DNA from: Coprobacillus sp.
Lineage (GTDB): Bacteria; Bacillota_I; Bacilli_A; RFN20; CAG-826
Length of the DNA: 64,000 bases
NCBI GenBank assembly: GCA_021203905.1
Contig: JAJQAG010000004.1
Coordinates: forward strand, 129,939-193,938
Direction of reading: 5' to 3'
Below are positions 48,101 through 56,291 of the stretch, one piece after another (the first letter of the stretch is position 1; every line of letters begins with the position of its first letter). Below the pieces are notes generated by a model. It did not search any database. It saw only the letters and a list, made by a program, of their open reading frames with translations, and was not told the DNA's origin. Both the position numbers and the translations under genes were made by a program.

Positions 48101-48118
48101 TTAGAGGAGAGCATCTAA
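45104..48118 (+). CDS. dnaE: DNA polymerase III alpha subunit (DnaE-type)
   Basis: 1004 aa with an N-terminal PHP domain, the GRGSAGGSLVAYALGIT motif, PDIDVDF catalytic aspartates, and a C-terminal OB fold. Confidence 0.97.
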   Translation: MFTPLRIITGYTFLSSGLSVDKTVGYLKKTNYLGAGICDRGVLYGLAEFYHLMKGIDKKPIVGIELVIDSLVCAIYIISEESYRDMCQLSALLDEYEVSLKDIERFTKNSLVVIDTSTDSFQALFENDLEMRKKLLSFSKAFKECYLGIEVISKEDKLKADRVRKFARQYPYPLVAFPKIRYKKEEDAISIKIAEAIRDSANLEEKSATGEECFHDESYYQQRYTKEEIDNTEKILSSSTFDYFMKRGKMIHYSDESDKNLLKERAFKGLESKNLANQEYVERLNYELEVIEEMGYNDYFLVVADYVRYARENHILTGPGRGSAGGSLVAYALGITTIDPIKHSLRFERFLNKSRKSMPDIDVDFADNRRDEVVEYVREKYGKNRVANIVTFQTIGAKQALRDIGRVYQYKNSHIDRLCKMLGKSDVSLRESYLTNKIFKEEVDRDKYVLEIVTLASKIEGLPRQSGQHAAGIVLNDEPLENAIPITKDFDGNYIVQYEMTYLEEDGFLKMDFLGLKNLTIIDNCVALINRTEHLHLDPFNLDWDKKEAYEVISRGETMGLFQIESEGMLKSIREIQPTCFDDIVALLALFRPGPMSSIPMYAKRKKGLEKVTYLSKDMERILAPTYGIIVYQEQINEIATTMAALSPDEADNFRRAVSKKDATKMVGLEREFIEGAKKNGYSEKDSKETFKLIEKFAEYGFNKSHAVGYAVVTVEMAYLKALYPLQFYACILDSTSGSDPKFNQYLVEMRKNNYNVALPSINYSTARFEIKDNTLLYPLTGIKGLNVPNAYDILREREINGKFEDFYSFVTRMFPYHFTENMVTKLIDAGAFDEMNPSRASLRASILYAFQLAKLSVGENGQLTLGLSLPKPKIIVDKDDLKDNLEREKECLGTNLSKSPLSYRQDLLAANEVTPLEKVTAYNKTYNVAGMVLSVKKITTKNKQNMAYIKIFDDVTELEVTVFPSLYEKVFDLLTNYNCLLIRGKKDQQSFIAEDIKLLEESI

Positions 48119-48119
48119 T

Positions 48120-50723
48120 ATGGCAAAGCTCATACTCGTTGATGGTAATTCCTTATTGTTTAGAGCATTCTACGCTACGGCATACTCTTCTCCTAATGGG
48201 ATTATGAGAACTTCTAGTGGTGTCCCCACAAACGCAATCTTCTCTTTTAGTGCGATGATTAATCGCATCTTAAAGGATCTTAATCAAGGGGACTATTTTA
48301 TGGTGGCTTTTGATGCGGGTAAAAAGACCTTTAGGAATGAAGAGTTAGAAACCTATAAAGCGAATCGAAAAGCCGCACCAGACGAGCTTGTCAAGCAATT
48401 CCCCATTGCCAGAGAATTCCTTAAAGCTCTCAATATCTTTCAATTTCAAGAAGAGGGGTATGAAGGGGATGATATTATTGGTTCGCTATCTTCGATAGCG
48501 GAATCACAGAATATCAAGACCATTATCTATACTTCAGATAGAGATTTCCTTCAATTAGTGAATGACAAGATTAACGTCAATATCCTTATTAAGGGGATGA
48601 GTGATACAGAATTATATGATACCCAAAAAGTCTATGACAAATATGGGTTTGGACCAGAGTTTATACCAGACTACAAAGGATTAAGAGGTGACAGTGCAGA
48701 TAACCTAAAAGGCATCAGTGGCGTGGGTGAAAAGACCGCTTCAAAACTTATTGAAACCTATGGTGACTTCGATAGTATCGTGAAGGCCATGGAAAATGAT
48801 ACTTCTAAGGTTGGCCAATCAATCATCGCAGAGCAAGATCAAGGAAGACTCTGTAAACAACTTGGTATCATAAGAAAAGATATTGAATTACCTTTTGACC
48901 TTAAAGATACACTTTATGAGGGCTACTCTTTTAATCACATTAAAGAGTTCTGTGATAAGTATGAGCTTAAGACCTTTCTCAATCGTCTCATTAATAAATG
49001 GAAGAGAGATGATGAAGAGGAGGAGATGGTTGTTTCTGATATTAGTGAACTCGATACCAAAGATGTGAATGAGATTGGAATTGCTATCGATCTTGAAGAT
49101 GAAGAGGATTACTACAACTCCCCTATTCTTGGGGTGGGATTACATATTAAAGATAAGAACTTCTATGTCGATATCCCCACACTTAAAAAGACAAAAGATC
49201 TTCTAGATCTTTTAAGAAACGAAAATGTCAAGAAATACTGCTACGATTATAAATGCATAAAGGTGGCCCTATCCACGCAAGGAATTGAGATTAATGGATT
49301 AGCATTTGATATCTTAATTGCCACCTATCTCCTTGATACCTCTCTTAATAAGAATGCTGAACATATCTTCTCTTACTTTGGAGAGAATATCTCATCGAGA
49401 AAAGATAACACCATGTCGCTTCTTGATATGGATAACTCCTTAACCACTACCAAGATTGCCTACTTTAGTTATAAGCTCGCTCCTAAAGTGGTCACTGATC
49501 TCTCGATTAGTAAGATGCTAGATTTATATAATGATCTCGAATTACCACTTGTTGATACCTTAGCCAATATGGAAATAGAGGGTTTCCCACTAGATAGAGG
49601 AGAGCTAGAAGAATATGGGAAGCAATACCAAGAGATAATTAACGAGAAAGAGCAAGAGATATACCAATTAGCGGGTAAGGAGTTCAATCTTAATTCTCCA
49701 AAGCAACTCGCGACTCTATTGTTTGAAGATCTTGGACTCTATGATAGAAGCGGAAATGGTTCCACTTCAGTAGAGAATCTCAATGAAATCAGAGAGGAAC
49801 ATCCTATCATCCCCGCGATACTAGAATATCGAAAGTACTTTAAACTCCTCTCTACCTATGTCAATGGCTTGACCGCTCATATCAGAGAGGATAATAAAAT
49901 CCACGCTCAATTTAACCAAGCTCAGACCCAGACAGGAAGATTATCATCTTCTAATCCCAACCTTCAAAACATCCCTGCCAGAGATGAAGAAAGTAAGTTT
50001 ATAAGAAAAGCTATGCACTATGAAGATGAGAATCTAGAGATATTATCTCTAGACTACTCGCAAATTGAATTACGAGTGCTCGCGCATATGTCAGGATGCC
50101 AAACCATGATAGATATCTTTAATTCAGGTTTAGACATTCATGGAGAAATGAGTAAAAGAATCTTCCATCTTGATGGTGAACCCACAGCGGAGCAAAGAAG
50201 AAAAGCTAAAACAGTAAACTTTGGTATCATCTACGGAATAAGTGATTGGGGTTTAGCGGATCGTCTTTCTATCCCTTTAAAAGAAGCCAAAGAAATCATC
50301 ACTTCCTTCTATAAGGAATTCCCAGAAATAGAAGCCTATCTTAATAAGATTAAAGAAGCCGCTAATAAAGATGGTTATGTCTCCACAATTATGGGAAGAA
50401 GAAGATATTTATCGGGAATTAATGATAGTAACTACCAAGTAAGAGAATTCCAAAAGAGAGCGGCGGTCAATGCTCCAATACAAGGTAGCGCCGCGGATCT
50501 TATTAAAACCGCAATGGTGAAATGCGAAAAGGCTTTAAAAGAAAAAGGACTTGAAACGAAGATGATCCTTCAAATCCATGATGAGCTTATCTTTAAGGTC
50601 CCAGTTAAAGAAAAAGAAATCGTCTTACCACTTCTTAAAGATATCATGTCAAATGCCTTAAAACTCAATGTTCCCTTAGAGGTAAACGGAGGCTTTGGCA
50701 AGGATTGGTATGAAGCAAAATAG
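48120..50723 (+). CDS. polA: DNA polymerase I
   Basis: 867 aa with a 5' nuclease domain (LILVDGNSLLFRAFYA), a central 3'-5' exo-like domain, and Pol A motifs (DYSQIELRVLAH, RRKAKTVNFGIIYG, QIHDEL). Confidence 0.98.
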   Translation: MAKLILVDGNSLLFRAFYATAYSSPNGIMRTSSGVPTNAIFSFSAMINRILKDLNQGDYFMVAFDAGKKTFRNEELETYKANRKAAPDELVKQFPIAREFLKALNIFQFQEEGYEGDDIIGSLSSIAESQNIKTIIYTSDRDFLQLVNDKINVNILIKGMSDTELYDTQKVYDKYGFGPEFIPDYKGLRGDSADNLKGISGVGEKTASKLIETYGDFDSIVKAMENDTSKVGQSIIAEQDQGRLCKQLGIIRKDIELPFDLKDTLYEGYSFNHIKEFCDKYELKTFLNRLINKWKRDDEEEEMVVSDISELDTKDVNEIGIAIDLEDEEDYYNSPILGVGLHIKDKNFYVDIPTLKKTKDLLDLLRNENVKKYCYDYKCIKVALSTQGIEINGLAFDILIATYLLDTSLNKNAEHIFSYFGENISSRKDNTMSLLDMDNSLTTTKIAYFSYKLAPKVVTDLSISKMLDLYNDLELPLVDTLANMEIEGFPLDRGELEEYGKQYQEIINEKEQEIYQLAGKEFNLNSPKQLATLLFEDLGLYDRSGNGSTSVENLNEIREEHPIIPAILEYRKYFKLLSTYVNGLTAHIREDNKIHAQFNQAQTQTGRLSSSNPNLQNIPARDEESKFIRKAMHYEDENLEILSLDYSQIELRVLAHMSGCQTMIDIFNSGLDIHGEMSKRIFHLDGEPTAEQRRKAKTVNFGIIYGISDWGLADRLSIPLKEAKEIITSFYKEFPEIEAYLNKIKEAANKDGYVSTIMGRRRYLSGINDSNYQVREFQKRAAVNAPIQGSAADLIKTAMVKCEKALKEKGLETKMILQIHDELIFKVPVKEKEIVLPLLKDIMSNALKLNVPLEVNGGFGKDWYEAK

Positions 50724-50731
50724 AGGTTAAA

Positions 50732-52123
50732 ATGCCAGAGTTACCAGAAGTCGAAACAATTCGCAATATCTTAAAATCCATTGTGATTGGAAAAACCATT
50801 TCAAACGTGGATGTTTTTCGTGAAAAAACTATTTTAAGTGATGTGAATGAATTCAAAAATAATTTAGTGGGAGCCACGATAAAAGATATAGAGAGAAAAG
50901 GGAAATTTCTCATCTTTGTTTACGACAATAATTACGCTTTACTCTCTCACCTACGCATGGAAGGAAAGTATTATCTCTTAGAGGAAGAGACACCAAATAC
51001 TAAGTATGCTAGAGTGGTCTTTCACTTTACAGATAACACCAAATTGTGCTTTGATGATTCGCGATGCTTCGGGATTATGAAATTAGCAAAAACAGCGGAA
51101 ATTTACGAAGAAAAAGAATTAAAAAGCTTAGGATTAGAGCCTTTTGAAATTTCTGATGTCGATTTTTTGATGAAACGGAATAAGAAAAGTAATAAACCCA
51201 TTAAGTCAACCTTGCTAGATCAAACTCAAATTGCTGGTCTTGGGAACATTTATGCGGATGAAGTTCTCTTCTATAGTGGTATTAACCCACTAGAAAAAGC
51301 GAAAGATATAACTAAAGATCAATGGAAAACGATTATTAAAAATGCCGTTATTATTTTAAATAACGCGATTAAAGATGGAGGCAGTACAGTGCATTCCTAT
51401 CACCCCGCTGATGGAATTGACGGCAATTTCCAAACAAAATTAAAAGCGTACGGAAAACGAGGAGAAAATTGTCCCAATTGTGGACACGAATTGTATTATA
51501 AAAAGATTAATGGACGAGGCTCTACTTATTGCCCGATGTGTCAAAAGAAGCAACACCCGCCTATCTTTGTTGGTTTAACTGGTCCTATCTCTAGCGGAAA
51601 ATCTGTTGTTCTTGAAATATTCAAGAGAGAAGGTTGCTCTGTTCTTTCATGCGATGAGGTGGTTCATGAGTTATATAAACAACCAGAGGTTATTACAAAA
51701 ATCTCCTCTATCACGGGCTTAAAATTTGGAAATGAAGTTGATAGAAATGCTTTACGAGAATACACAAACGGCAATCTTAAGGCTCTAAAACGCATTGATA
51801 ATTACATCCATCCTCTTGTGAGAAAGTATGTAAGCGAATTTCTTGATGAAGCCTGTGGTAGCGCTGTTGTGGAAGTTCCACTTCTTTTTGAAAGTCATTT
51901 CCAAGATCTATTTGATTACATTGTCGCAGTTTCTATCTCTAAAGATAGGCAGTTAAAATACCTTAGAGCGAGAGAAGAGCATTTTGAAGAAATGCTTGAA
52001 TTAAACGGAAAAGAAAACACCTTCTACACAGAGAAGGCGGATTATGTCATAAAAAATGACGGAGATTTAGAACAACTTTCGAAGGAAGTTAAGACTTTTC
52101 TTCGTAAAGTCCAGCGAGATTAG
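50732..52123 (+). CDS. mutM-coaE: fusion protein: formamidopyrimidine-DNA glycosylase (aa 1-272) + dephospho-CoA kinase (aa 277-463)
   Basis: The N-terminus is MPELPEVET, with H2TH and zinc finger CPNCG...CPMCQ. It continues without a stop into IFVGLTGPISSGKS (the CoaE P-loop) and a full CoaE-length tail. Confidence 0.9.
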   Translation: MPELPEVETIRNILKSIVIGKTISNVDVFREKTILSDVNEFKNNLVGATIKDIERKGKFLIFVYDNNYALLSHLRMEGKYYLLEEETPNTKYARVVFHFTDNTKLCFDDSRCFGIMKLAKTAEIYEEKELKSLGLEPFEISDVDFLMKRNKKSNKPIKSTLLDQTQIAGLGNIYADEVLFYSGINPLEKAKDITKDQWKTIIKNAVIILNNAIKDGGSTVHSYHPADGIDGNFQTKLKAYGKRGENCPNCGHELYYKKINGRGSTYCPMCQKKQHPPIFVGLTGPISSGKSVVLEIFKREGCSVLSCDEVVHELYKQPEVITKISSITGLKFGNEVDRNALREYTNGNLKALKRIDNYIHPLVRKYVSEFLDEACGSAVVEVPLLFESHFQDLFDYIVAVSISKDRQLKYLRAREEHFEEMLELNGKENTFYTEKADYVIKNDGDLEQLSKEVKTFLRKVQRD

Positions 52124-52979
52124 AAACCACAATCTCATGGTCACAATCAAGAGCAATAAGATCGACGAGATCTTTTGCTTTGTATCGAGAATCTTTACTC
52201 ACAGTAATATAGTGTTCAAATAATTCATTAAAGGAGAACTTTGAAACATAAATTGTTTCAAGTTGTCTCTCATTTCTAAACTTAATAATCTTTTTGATGA
52301 TTTGATCACGGATGTAATCATTCGCAAATTCTTCTCCAAAATTATCCAAGACGAGAAGATTACAGCGGGAGTATCTTTTAATCATCTCTTCTCTCTCTTC
52401 TTCACTAGCTTTATTCATTTCGTTAATGCGGTAGACACTATCAAGATAGCAGATTTTGTCCACTCCATCTTTAGCGATTTCATTCGTAATCGCGGTGGCT
52501 AGATATGACTTACCAGTATTCTCCGCTCCTTGAATATAAGTAGACTTACGATCAAAGTAGGCTCTTTGAATGGCATCATATCTCTTCTTAGAGGTATCAA
52601 GATTTCCGGTCTTAATATCAAGAATGTCCCACTCTTGGGGATAATCTCTAAGAATGTATCTTGTATTTAGTGTGGTTAACTTAAGGATTTGTTGGCAGGG
52701 AATAAATAGTTCTTCCACCACTCCAGAGTGAACTTTGATATTACTGGTGACAAAGCTCTCTTTCGAGCACTTTTCAATTCCAGGACATTTGGAACAAATT
52801 AAATGATCACAGACATAGTCATAAACACTGTAAATATATTCATCAAGGAGCTTCTCATCAAGATTAGCGGGTAATGGAACTTCTTTTTCGTGCTTTTTAA
52901 TAAAAGCTTTCATCGAAGCAATTTGCTTGGTGTCTCTTTTTATTCCTAATTCATCGATGTTGATATTAATCTTTTCCAT
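52089..52979 (-). CDS. dnaI: primosomal helicase loader DnaI
   Basis: 296 aa with an N-terminal Cys cluster (CSKCPGIEKC), AAA+ Walker A GAENTGKSYL and Walker B LLVLDNFG. It lies downstream of dnaB, as in Bacillus. Confidence 0.88.
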   Translation of the reverse strand: MEKININIDELGIKRDTKQIASMKAFIKKHEKEVPLPANLDEKLLDEYIYSVYDYVCDHLICSKCPGIEKCSKESFVTSNIKVHSGVVEELFIPCQQILKLTTLNTRYILRDYPQEWDILDIKTGNLDTSKKRYDAIQRAYFDRKSTYIQGAENTGKSYLATAITNEIAKDGVDKICYLDSVYRINEMNKASEEEREEMIKRYSRCNLLVLDNFGEEFANDYIRDQIIKKIIKFRNERQLETIYVSKFSFNELFEHYITVSKDSRYKAKDLVDLIALDCDHEIVVSNLAGLYEEKS

Positions 52980-54228
52980 GGCTTATTGAGTTGATGAGAG
53001 CGTCCCAATCCTCCTTACTGATTTCATCGTCTTCTTCCTCACCTTTCTTAGAAGGAGTATGAGGAGAAGGAAGTTTAGTGGTCGTGTTATAAAGATACTC
53101 AAAAGCATCTTTTGCACAAGTGCATTTCTGTCTCTTTAGTGAGGCTCCTACCTTATCAAGGTAGGAAAACTTAAGAATGTTATTACAACGATCAAGGGTA
53201 AATTCAATTAAAGCGTTTAAGACTGAATTCGCTAAACCATACTTCATAGAAATATAGTTAATGGCTTTGATATCTGAGTCTGCGGGGGTGGTATAACCTT
53301 GTAAACGAGAGAGGTAATCAGTGGGTGAAAGGGTTTCACAAGTGTTGATCTTCTCTCCTAGTTCTGTTGTGGAGGAAACCTTATCACCACTTGATTTCTC
53401 CTTGGGAGTGTACATCACTCTATCGTGATGATAGAGAAGGATTTGACTAAGTAAGGTGTCAAAGTCCACTCTCTCACCTTTTGGTTTCTCACTATCGTAG
53501 ATCTTAAGGAAGATCTCCGCTCCTTGTTCTTCTTGAATTCCATTAAGAGTGAAGAGGGAGACAAGGCGATTGAGTTCGTCTCTTGTTAGAGCGTCTTGAT
53601 AATAGGCATAACCCCCATTCTTCTCTTTAACAAACTGGAAGAAGAGATCAACATCAAATTCAGAAACTATGTTTCTGGTACGGCGACTCTTCATCTTTTT
53701 ATTGTGGGAAGTCGTAATATCAAACATCGCACTATCAATATCCGCGATCCCAAAGGCTTCTTGGAAATTAGAGGTGATGTCATCGCCTTCATCATGACCT
53801 TCACTAAGATAATATAAAGACTTAATTCTCTCCGCTTCATCTTTTCCAAGAGAACTTTCAAAAAGAGAACTTCGATAGGGATCCACAAAGAATTGACTAG
53901 GAACGACAGGGGCTCTTAATTCATAGTGGTAGATGCTCGCTCCATTAGTGGTTTCAAGTTTTGTCTTAAGAAGTCCAATCCCTTCTAGTTTTTCTCTTGC
54001 ATCCATAAAGGTTTGAGAATTCATCTTGAGACGATTCCAAAAGTTTTCGTGAGTGGATAAGGAGAAGACTTCTTGATTTCTTGCTTCCGCCATAAAAGAA
54101 AAATATAAAGCCACGGCTTCATATCCAATAATGGGTTGATAGAGATTAACAAGAGTCTCTCGATCGTAGTCCGCAACGAGAGAACCAAATCTCACACTAA
54201 AGTAATCTTGTCCACTTACTATTACCAT
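52966..54228 (-). CDS. dnaB: replication initiation/membrane attachment protein DnaB (DnaD-like, Bacillus nomenclature)
   Basis: 420 aa. The N-terminal ...DRETLVNLYQPIIGYEAVALYFSF is typical of the DnaB_2 family. It keeps the dnaB-dnaI operon arrangement. Confidence 0.8.
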   Translation of the reverse strand: MVIVSGQDYFSVRFGSLVADYDRETLVNLYQPIIGYEAVALYFSFMAEARNQEVFSLSTHENFWNRLKMNSQTFMDAREKLEGIGLLKTKLETTNGASIYHYELRAPVVPSQFFVDPYRSSLFESSLGKDEAERIKSLYYLSEGHDEGDDITSNFQEAFGIADIDSAMFDITTSHNKKMKSRRTRNIVSEFDVDLFFQFVKEKNGGYAYYQDALTRDELNRLVSLFTLNGIQEEQGAEIFLKIYDSEKPKGERVDFDTLLSQILLYHHDRVMYTPKEKSSGDKVSSTTELGEKINTCETLSPTDYLSRLQGYTTPADSDIKAINYISMKYGLANSVLNALIEFTLDRCNNILKFSYLDKVGASLKRQKCTCAKDAFEYLYNTTTKLPSPHTPSKKGEEEDDEISKEDWDALINSISHGKD

Positions 54229-54236
54229 ACCCTCTT

Positions 54237-54265
54237 ATTATCTAGAAAAGAAAAGGACTATTCAA
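54237..54265 (-). promoter_or_regulatory. dnaB promoter, near-leaderless
   Basis: On the minus strand: TTGAAT (54265-54260), 17 nt, GATAAT (54242-54237), then AAGAGGGT and the ATG at 54228. Confidence 0.5.
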
Positions 54266-54289
54266 CCAATAATGTTTACATTATTTGAC

Positions 54290-54390
54290 GGTGGAAAACT
54301 TCTCCACCATCTAATTGTGAATAAGTGTTCCACCAAATAAGGCTTTTATGAGTCCTCTTCACATTTATCCACATTTCATTTTGTGCATAA
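54290..54390. promoter_or_regulatory. DnaA-box cluster
   Basis: Three exact matches to TTATNCACA: 54316-54324 (minus, TTATTCACA), 54365-54373 (plus, TTATCCACA) and 54382-54390 (minus, TTATGCACA). Degenerate boxes lie at 54290-54298, 54300-54308 and 54326-54334. Confidence 0.7.
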
Positions 54391-54479
54391 CTTTTTCTCT
54401 CCCCTTTGAAATTATTTAAATAATTTACAAAAGGAGAGCGGTAATATACACTATTAGATAGTAAAGGACACGTCTAATT

Positions 54480-55439
54480 ATGGGAAAAAGAATCGCTATT
54501 TTAACTAGTGGAGGTGACGCTCCAGGAATGAATGCGGCAATCAGTGCCATTGTGAGAAAAGGCCTTGATTGTGGGCATGAAATGTTTGTGGTCTACGATG
54601 GTTTCTTAGGCCTCGTCAATGGAGATATCAAACAAGTGGATCGAAAGTTTGTCTCCGGAATCATCAATAAAGGTGGCACTGTGATTAGAACCGCCCGTTA
54701 TCCTGAGTTTGCGGATGTCAGAGTCCAAAAGAAAGCCGTTAAAGTACTTGAAGAAAATAAAATAGATGTCCTCATCGGTATTGGAGGAGATGGAACCTAC
54801 CATGGTCTTTTAGGTCTCCACAATTGTGGAGCGAAGGTGATTGGTCTTCCTGGTACTATCGATAATGATATTGCCACTAGTGATGAAACCATAGGCTTCA
54901 ACACCGCTCTCAACACCATCTGTGATGCCCTTGAGAAATTAAAAGATACTTCCTCTTCTCACTGCCGTTGTGCGGTTGTGGAAGTCATGGGTCGTTATTG
55001 TGCAGATCTTTCAATCTACGCTGCGATTGCAGAGAGTGCGGAGTGTTTAGTGTGTTATGACCACATTATGCCGGATGAAGAATTATTTGAAAGAATTAGA
55101 AAAGTTAAAGAGAGAAAGAGTCACTGCTTAGTGGTGGTTAGTGAGAACTTGCTCGATATTAATGAACTCGCGAATAAGATTGAAGAAGCGACAGGATTTG
55201 AGGCAAAACCAGAAGTTTTAGGTCGTCTCCAAAGAGGTGGAGATCCATGTCCTCAAGATCGAATCTTAGCCGCGAGACTTGGTTGCTATTCCATTGATTT
55301 AATCAACCAAGGTGTCAGTGGAGTGGTTGTCGGCACCAAGGGAACTGAAGTTGCCGCAACAGGAATTAAAGAGGGCTTCGAGCTTCCTCGTACTGATCGT
55401 ACCTCCTATTTTGAAATTGCCGATGTGCTTGGAAAATAA
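54480..55439 (+). CDS. pfkA: ATP-dependent 6-phosphofructokinase
   Basis: 319 aa with ILTSGGDAPGMNAA, IGGDGT and PGTIDND motifs. Confidence 0.97.
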   Translation: MGKRIAILTSGGDAPGMNAAISAIVRKGLDCGHEMFVVYDGFLGLVNGDIKQVDRKFVSGIINKGGTVIRTARYPEFADVRVQKKAVKVLEENKIDVLIGIGGDGTYHGLLGLHNCGAKVIGLPGTIDNDIATSDETIGFNTALNTICDALEKLKDTSSSHCRCAVVEVMGRYCADLSIYAAIAESAECLVCYDHIMPDEELFERIRKVKERKSHCLVVVSENLLDINELANKIEEATGFEAKPEVLGRLQRGGDPCPQDRILAARLGCYSIDLINQGVSGVVVGTKGTEVAATGIKEGFELPRTDRTSYFEIADVLGK

Positions 55440-56291
55440 ATGAAACAAGTAATCTCACTCGATATTGGTGGAACAAATTTACGGGCCGCTTTAGTGGATA
55501 GTGATTACCATATTCTTAATGTGGTAAGAATGCCAAATCGTTGCTATGGAGATAAGAAGAAATTCTATAGTAATGTTATTGAAATCATCCAACAACTAGA
55601 GCCAGATTTTGATGATGTCATCAATATCTCTTTAGGAGTTCCAGGAAGAGTAAGAAACGATGGTTTTATTGAAGGACTCGCTAATGTGGGAATTAGTGAT
55701 ATCAACCTGGTGAGAGTCTTAAATAGAAAGTTTCATAAAGATGTCTACATCCGTAATGATGCGGAGATGGGTCTTCTTGCGGAAGCCGTTTTAGGCGAAG
55801 GAAAAGGCTATGATGGAGTGTATTTCATCACCATTTCCACAGGAATTGGAGGCGCTTTTGCCTTTAAGGGGCACCTTAAAAACTATGGTAAAGAGATTGG
55901 TCATATCCCAGTCTTAATTGATGATAACTACTACGAGTTGGAAAAGATGTGCTCAGGAGAGGGGATTAAGAGACTTTGTAAACTATATGATTTAGATGTG
56001 AGCTCAGCGTCAGAATTCTTCTCGATGGTGAGAAGTAGTGAGAAGAAGTCTCTTGTGGTCTTTGAAAAGTGGCTTGAGATCTTCTCACGTCTCCTTCGTT
56101 ATGTTAAAAGAGTCTATAATCCAGATATCTTTACCTTTACTGGAGGAGTCTTTAAAAACAAGGATTTAATCTTTTCTAGATTAAAAGAAATGAATCCTGA
56201 CTTAAATATGGTAGAATGTTATTTTAGAGAGGACGCGGGACTTATCGGTTCTGCGGTCTACGGATTTAGTCAAATGGAGGAAGAAGAATGA
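55440..56291 (+). CDS. ROK-family sugar kinase (glucokinase-like)
   Basis: 283 aa with the N-terminal LDIGGTNLR ATPase motif and a GIGG motif. It lacks the CxCGxxGC zinc motif of classical ROK glucokinases, so the substrate is uncertain. Confidence 0.7.
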   Translation: MKQVISLDIGGTNLRAALVDSDYHILNVVRMPNRCYGDKKKFYSNVIEIIQQLEPDFDDVINISLGVPGRVRNDGFIEGLANVGISDINLVRVLNRKFHKDVYIRNDAEMGLLAEAVLGEGKGYDGVYFITISTGIGGAFAFKGHLKNYGKEIGHIPVLIDDNYYELEKMCSGEGIKRLCKLYDLDVSSASEFFSMVRSSEKKSLVVFEKWLEIFSRLLRYVKRVYNPDIFTFTGGVFKNKDLIFSRLKEMNPDLNMVECYFREDAGLIGSAVYGFSQMEEEE

